Part shown: piece after piece, positions 47,401-51,288 of the stretch | Layout: each line of letters opens with the position of its first letter | Numbering within the stretch: the first letter of the stretch is position 1 | NCBI GenBank assembly: GCA_964436855.1 | Contig: CAYTED010000009.1 | Span: 1-51,288 of the forward strand | DNA length: 51,288 bases | Direction of reading: 5' to 3' | From: an uncultured Bdellovibrionales bacterium | GTDB lineage: Bacteria; Patescibacteriota; Minisyncoccia; Moranbacterales; UBA1568 | Program-made: the position numbers and the translations under genes | The notes under the pieces: model-generated | What the model saw: the letters and a program-made list of their open reading frames with translations, nothing else | What the model was told of the DNA's origin: nothing | Databases searched by the model: none

Positions 47401-47994
47401 TTATTCTCCCCTCCACACCACCTCGGTACAACTCCCCTGTTTCGGATACCATCCCGTTGCCGAAACACCCGGTGCCTCGCCAACAATAATACCGTGCAGC
47501 TGTTCAAGCGGATCGCCGTGCGAGACAATAACCACGGTTTTCCCGGCATAGTATTTCGAAAGATCCCGAAGAAAACTCGAGAGACGCGAACGCATATCGA
47601 GAAAACTTTCCACGCCATCTTCTTCGTCCGGAACGATACGTGTTTCCGGCTCCGGATATTTTTTGAAAAAAAGCTCGATCGGTCGCTCATTGAAAATCCC
47701 AAGTCCCGTTTCATGAAGACGATCATCAATCAAAACCGGCACACCAGTCGCCTCGGAAATAACAGTCGCCGTTTCGCGCGTGCGAACAAACGGCGAACTG
47801 ATAATCGCGTCGATTTTTCGCCCTGCGAGTCTTTTCGCCACTTCGCGAATCTGCGCTTTTCCTTTTTTGGTCAGATGTCGTTCGGTAATTTCAGGCTGTG
47901 AGGACCCAACCCCAAGCACATTATGCTCCGCCTCGCCGTGTCGAACCAAAAAAAGAGTCATCGCGCCTCCTAATTCCGTTTTTTCCATATTCAT
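47401..47994 (-). CDS. Histidine phosphatase (PGM-like) family protein
   Basis: LFLVRHGEAEHN, SSPFVRTRETA, RLHE, IVSHGD. Confidence 0.9.
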   Translation of the reverse strand: MNMEKTELGGAMTLFLVRHGEAEHNVLGVGSSQPEITERHLTKKGKAQIREVAKRLAGRKIDAIISSPFVRTRETATVISEATGVPVLIDDRLHETGLGIFNERPIELFFKKYPEPETRIVPDEEDGVESFLDMRSRLSSFLRDLSKYYAGKTVVIVSHGDPLEQLHGIIVGEAPGVSATGWYPKQGSCTEVVWRGE

Positions 47995-48009
47995 TAACTT
48001 CCCGAAACA

Positions 48010-48132
48010 CTATCCTATCAAACGAGAAATATCGATACCGATCGCGATCACAAGAACAAGCACAAGCGGCGCAAGCACCTTGAACGCAAAAAAAACAATC
48101 TCCGTATCAATCGGCCGTTTCTTCTTCGGCAT
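48010..48132 (-). CDS. Small membrane protein (40 aa)
   Basis: Read by hand: MPKKKRPIDTEIVFFAFKVLAPLVLVLVIAIGIDISRLIG; basic N-terminus plus TM; fills the argS-phosphatase gap in operon orientation. Confidence 0.45.
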   Translation of the reverse strand: MPKKKRPIDTEIVFFAFKVLAPLVLVLVIAIGIDISRLIG

Positions 48133-48223
48133 AATTTTTCTTTTTGTTTTTATCTTCCGGATTACTTTATTTTAGTATAACAGACTTCTTTCTCATTTCT
48201 ATTCTCTCGCCTCCTCCTCATTA

Positions 48224-49837
48224 TCACATCTTCTCCGGCGCAGAAACACCGATCAATCGAAGCGTCTCATTAAGAACAATTTTTACCCCTAAAACAAGCT
48301 TCAGTCGCGCCATTGAAACCTCCTTATTCTCCTCATCGATCACGCGACACGCGTCATAGAAAGAATGCAGCTTGTCCGCCAATCGAATCGCAAACTGCGG
48401 CAACCGATGCACTGAAAAATCCCTCGATGTCTCTTCGATCATTTCCGGAAAATGAAGGAGTTCTTGCAACAGCGCGCGCTCTTTTTCGTGCGTGAGAAGG
48501 AGGGAATCGCCCGCTCTGCTCACCCCTGCCTCTTCCGCCTTTCTCAAAATACTCGCGAGTCGCGCATGAGCGTATTGGACATAAAACACCGGGTTTTTGG
48601 CAGAATGTTCCTTCGCCAGACCAAGATCAAAATTCATGTGCGTATCAGGCGAGTACATCAAGAAGAAAAATCGCGCCACGTCATGCCCGACGGTGTCGAT
48701 CAATTCATCGACGGTTACCACGTTTCCGGCCCGTTTCGACATTCTGACTTCCTTTCCATCTCGCATGAGCCGCACAAGCTGAACAATATTGAATCGTATC
48801 TCCCCCGAAAAGCCGAGCGCCTTGGCCGCCGCCTCGAATCGAGTCACATAGCCGTGATGATCCGCTCCCCATGTTTCGATCAGCATCGAAAACCCCCGCT
48901 CAATTTTGTATAAAATATATCCACAGTCCGACGCGAAATATGTCTTTGCACCATCTTGCTTCACGAGCACGCGATCTTTGTCATCGCCGAAATCCGTCGA
49001 CCGGAACCACAGCGCTCCTTCGTTTTCATATGTCAGATTTTTTTCTTTCAAAACATCAATCGCTCGATCGACACACCCTCCTTGTATCAAATCTTTTTTC
49101 TCTGAAACAAAGGTATCAAATTGAATACGCATTTTTTCTTCAAGCGTCTTTTTGATCATTTCATCCATCACCAGCTCGGCCGCCTTTTCTCCGACCTCTC
49201 TCGCTTCGAGTTTGGATATTTCGTCTTTCAACTTTTCGTTGAACGTATCGATATATTCCCCTCCGTACACTGCTTCCGCATCTTTCAATACGCTGTGTCC
49301 GAGTTTTATCACCTGTTCTCCGCCGTCGTTCACATAGTATTCATTGGTTACGCTGCATCCTGTCTTGCGCAATACCCTTGAGAGTGCGTCACCAAAAAAT
49401 CCTCCGCGTCCATTTCCGAGATGAAGCGGTCCGGTCGGATTGGCTGAGACGAACTCATTATTGATCTTTTTTCCGGCACCGATCTCGGAACTTCCAAACG
49501 CGCTTCCTTTTGCAAGTACTTCCTCAAGGACGCCGCCGAGTGCTCTCTGCGAAAGAGAAATATTCAAATGTCCGGGCCCGGCCACTTCGATTTTTTCAAA
49601 AACATTCTGAGATTCTGTGTCCGTTACAAGCCCTTCTCTTATTTTTTCTGCGATTTCTCTCGGATTCTTCCCTGCTTGTTGTGAAAGTATCAGGGCGATA
49701 TTTGACGTATATTCTCCGAATTGATCATCCTTGGGCCGTTCGACACGGATTTCCGGAATATCAAAAAGAGGAAGACCTTTCGCCTTCTGAAGGTTTTGGA
49801 TCACCGATTGAATATTTTTTTCAAGCATTTGTTTCAT
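48224..49837 (-). CDS. argS: Arginine--tRNA ligase
   Basis: EFVSANPTGPLHLGNGRGG (HIGH variant), EYYVNDGG, WGADHHGY, MSKRAG, YVQYAHARLASI; start uncertain (49837 or 49849). Confidence 0.96.
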   Translation of the reverse strand: MKQMLEKNIQSVIQNLQKAKGLPLFDIPEIRVERPKDDQFGEYTSNIALILSQQAGKNPREIAEKIREGLVTDTESQNVFEKIEVAGPGHLNISLSQRALGGVLEEVLAKGSAFGSSEIGAGKKINNEFVSANPTGPLHLGNGRGGFFGDALSRVLRKTGCSVTNEYYVNDGGEQVIKLGHSVLKDAEAVYGGEYIDTFNEKLKDEISKLEAREVGEKAAELVMDEMIKKTLEEKMRIQFDTFVSEKKDLIQGGCVDRAIDVLKEKNLTYENEGALWFRSTDFGDDKDRVLVKQDGAKTYFASDCGYILYKIERGFSMLIETWGADHHGYVTRFEAAAKALGFSGEIRFNIVQLVRLMRDGKEVRMSKRAGNVVTVDELIDTVGHDVARFFFLMYSPDTHMNFDLGLAKEHSAKNPVFYVQYAHARLASILRKAEEAGVSRAGDSLLLTHEKERALLQELLHFPEMIEETSRDFSVHRLPQFAIRLADKLHSFYDACRVIDEENKEVSMARLKLVLGVKIVLNETLRLIGVSAPEKM

Positions 49838-49893
49838 ACTCCGAATCATAGCCGAAAAAAGCCAAAAAGGGAAGGTTTGGGAAAGTGATACCA

Positions 49894-49922
49894 TTGACAT
49901 TTCCAGTCATTTTTGGTATAAA
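49894..49922 (+). promoter_or_regulatory. Near-consensus sigma70 promoter
   Basis: TTGACA(49894-49899)-17 nt-TATAAA(49917-49922) with TGn extension. Confidence 0.75.
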
Positions 49923-49971
49923 GGAATGTCCGGGTATTCCGGTCGATCCTCTTTTTACAAGGGAGATTATC

Positions 49972-50790
49972 ATGCACCTGAACAAAATTTTGGCTGTGCT
50001 TGTGGCCGTGGTGCTGGTGAGTGCTTTTCCGGGCGTTTCGGCGGCCGGGGAAGATACTCAACTACAAATTGATCCAGATGACCTTGCCAGGATCTATGTT
50101 ACAACATGGGAAAAGCTGCTACCTCTTCACTCTACGGAGTGTATGAGGCTAGCGATAAAGAATACTGGCCAACCCATCACTTGCAATGTACTGCAAGAGT
50201 CTCGCTTTCAATTTAGTTTCCAGGACTTTACGTTCGTTTCCAAGAAATACTGGGAGCCCTATTCCGTCCAACAGGGAGATAAAGGAGTGAAGATCCGAGA
50301 AATAAAAGGAGGTCCGATTCACACTGAATTGAGTGAACTTCCCCTCCTCATTGAAGTTTGTTTCTTTCTCTTTATCTCCATTGAAAGCATTGGGAGGCAC
50401 AAAGCATATCTTTGGACACTCTGCGGCGGCGTCTTCGCTGCAGCGGTGCTCGGAGGAATAGTCGGCATGAAGACTGACTTGATTGGCGGTCTGCTTATGG
50501 GACTGCTTACCGGTGGGTTCGCTTCAGTGGCTGCTATAACCCTTGCGCCCTCTAGAATACCCCCCAGGCGTGGTCGTCTTGTTTACGGGTTTTTCAGTCT
50601 ATCCGCCGCATCTGTTACCATGTGGGCTGGTGCGGTTGCCGGTATGATTACTGGCACCTCCGGCTGGATAGAGGGTGGGATGAACGAGTATCTTCTCTTC
50701 CTCGCCCTCCTCTCGGCGGCAGGTCTCGCCCTCCGCTGGGTGATCAGTCAGTACCTGGCTCGTCGGGAAATTCCCAACGCGCCGTCCTGA
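49972..50790 (+). CDS. Hypothetical membrane protein (signal peptide, small extracellular domain, several TMs)
   Basis: AAGGGAG RBS before ATG CAC; signal peptide ending VSAA; a Cys pair; Gly/Ala-rich C-terminal TM helices. Confidence 0.75.
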   Translation: MHLNKILAVLVAVVLVSAFPGVSAAGEDTQLQIDPDDLARIYVTTWEKLLPLHSTECMRLAIKNTGQPITCNVLQESRFQFSFQDFTFVSKKYWEPYSVQQGDKGVKIREIKGGPIHTELSELPLLIEVCFFLFISIESIGRHKAYLWTLCGGVFAAAVLGGIVGMKTDLIGGLLMGLLTGGFASVAAITLAPSRIPPRRGRLVYGFFSLSAASVTMWAGAVAGMITGTSGWIEGGMNEYLLFLALLSAAGLALRWVISQYLARREIPNAPS

Positions 50791-50802
50791 TAGGCGCCCT
50801 TG

Positions 50803-50838
50803 AACCGGGGTCGACAGACATCTGTCCCCCGGTTTTTT
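50803..50838 (+). terminator. Intrinsic terminator
   Basis: AACCGGGG-tc-GACAGA-ca-TCTGTC-CCCCGGTT followed by a T run. Confidence 0.8.
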
Positions 50839-50941
50839 CATTTTTGTTTTACTATATTTAAAAAAATCTCACTATCTGCAATATGCTCGCTCAAAAACCC
50901 CTCTTGCTCCTTCATACTCGATACTTCATACTAGAAGCGCT

Positions 50942-51288
50942 ATGACTACTATTGCACAGAATAAAAGAGCCGGGTTCGATCATGCCCTCGGAGATCACTA
51001 CGAGGCGGGTTTGGTATTGACCGGAAACGAGGTAAAGAGTGTCAAAACCGGTCACGCAAGCCTCAAAGGAAGCTTTGTGACGGTGAAAGGAAACGAACTT
51101 GTTCTCACCAATGCTCTTATTCCCCGATACAAACACGCCCACAAAGACACTTCTCACTCCGACACCCGCCCCCGAAAACTTCTCCTCAAACGTTCCGAAA
51201 TCCGCTCATTGATCGGAAAATCCCGAACGGAAGGCTTGACATTGGTGCCTATTCGATTGTACACTAAGGGTCAGCTCGTGAAGCTTGA
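50942..51288 (+). CDS. smpB: SsrA-binding protein (3' end beyond the window)
   Basis: Read by hand: MTTIAQNKRAGFDH..YEAGLVLTGNEVKSVKTG..SLKGSFV..RPRKLLLKRSEI..GLTLVPIRLYTK. Confidence 0.95.
   Translation, partial: MTTIAQNKRAGFDHALGDHYEAGLVLTGNEVKSVKTGHASLKGSFVTVKGNELVLTNALIPRYKHAHKDTSHSDTRPRKLLLKRSEIRSLIGKSRTEGLTLVPIRLYTKGQLVKL

Noticed and set aside
50912-51157. 81-aa minus-strand ORF
   Set aside because: Antisense to the clear smpB frame on the + strand.

Overview
This is a 51 kb stretch of core chromosome from a small-genome bacterium, most likely Patescibacteria/CPR (Parcubacteria-like). That assignment is inferred from the CPR-type surface proteins, the scarcity of Shine-Dalgarno motifs and the use of TGA as a stop (code 11). 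Almost all genes are on the minus strand. The left end is a cell-surface cluster: a giant repeat-rich fibre protein running off the window, an FN3 protein, manC, secreted Cys/Trp-rich proteins, parAB and tRNA-Leu(CAA). Next come folD, uppP, a DEDDh exonuclease, glmS, leuS with a Nudix insertion, the complete F1Fo atpBEFHAGDC operon, tatD, metG, rsmI, an AI-2E transporter, an M16 peptidase, glyQS, tgt, recO, ddl, ileS (type 2), argS and the 5' part of smpB. Five things stand out beyond the gene list. (1) At least 18 period-7 tandem arrays, usually paired as inverted arms, sit at gene junctions, inside reading frames and inside a riboswitch, and some flank decayed passenger genes (four-helix bundle, ORF6N). 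(2) An Ile T-box riboswitch combines an Actinobacteria-type ultrashort Stem I with a transcription terminator. (3) A GIY-YIG gene is bracketed by a perfect 28-bp inverted REP-like pair. (4) A ghost copy of tRNA-Leu lies just behind the intact gene. (5) Several standalone orphan genes have near-consensus promoters, a strong RBS and, in two cases, a terminator. No CRISPR array, rRNA, integrase or reverse transcriptase was seen.
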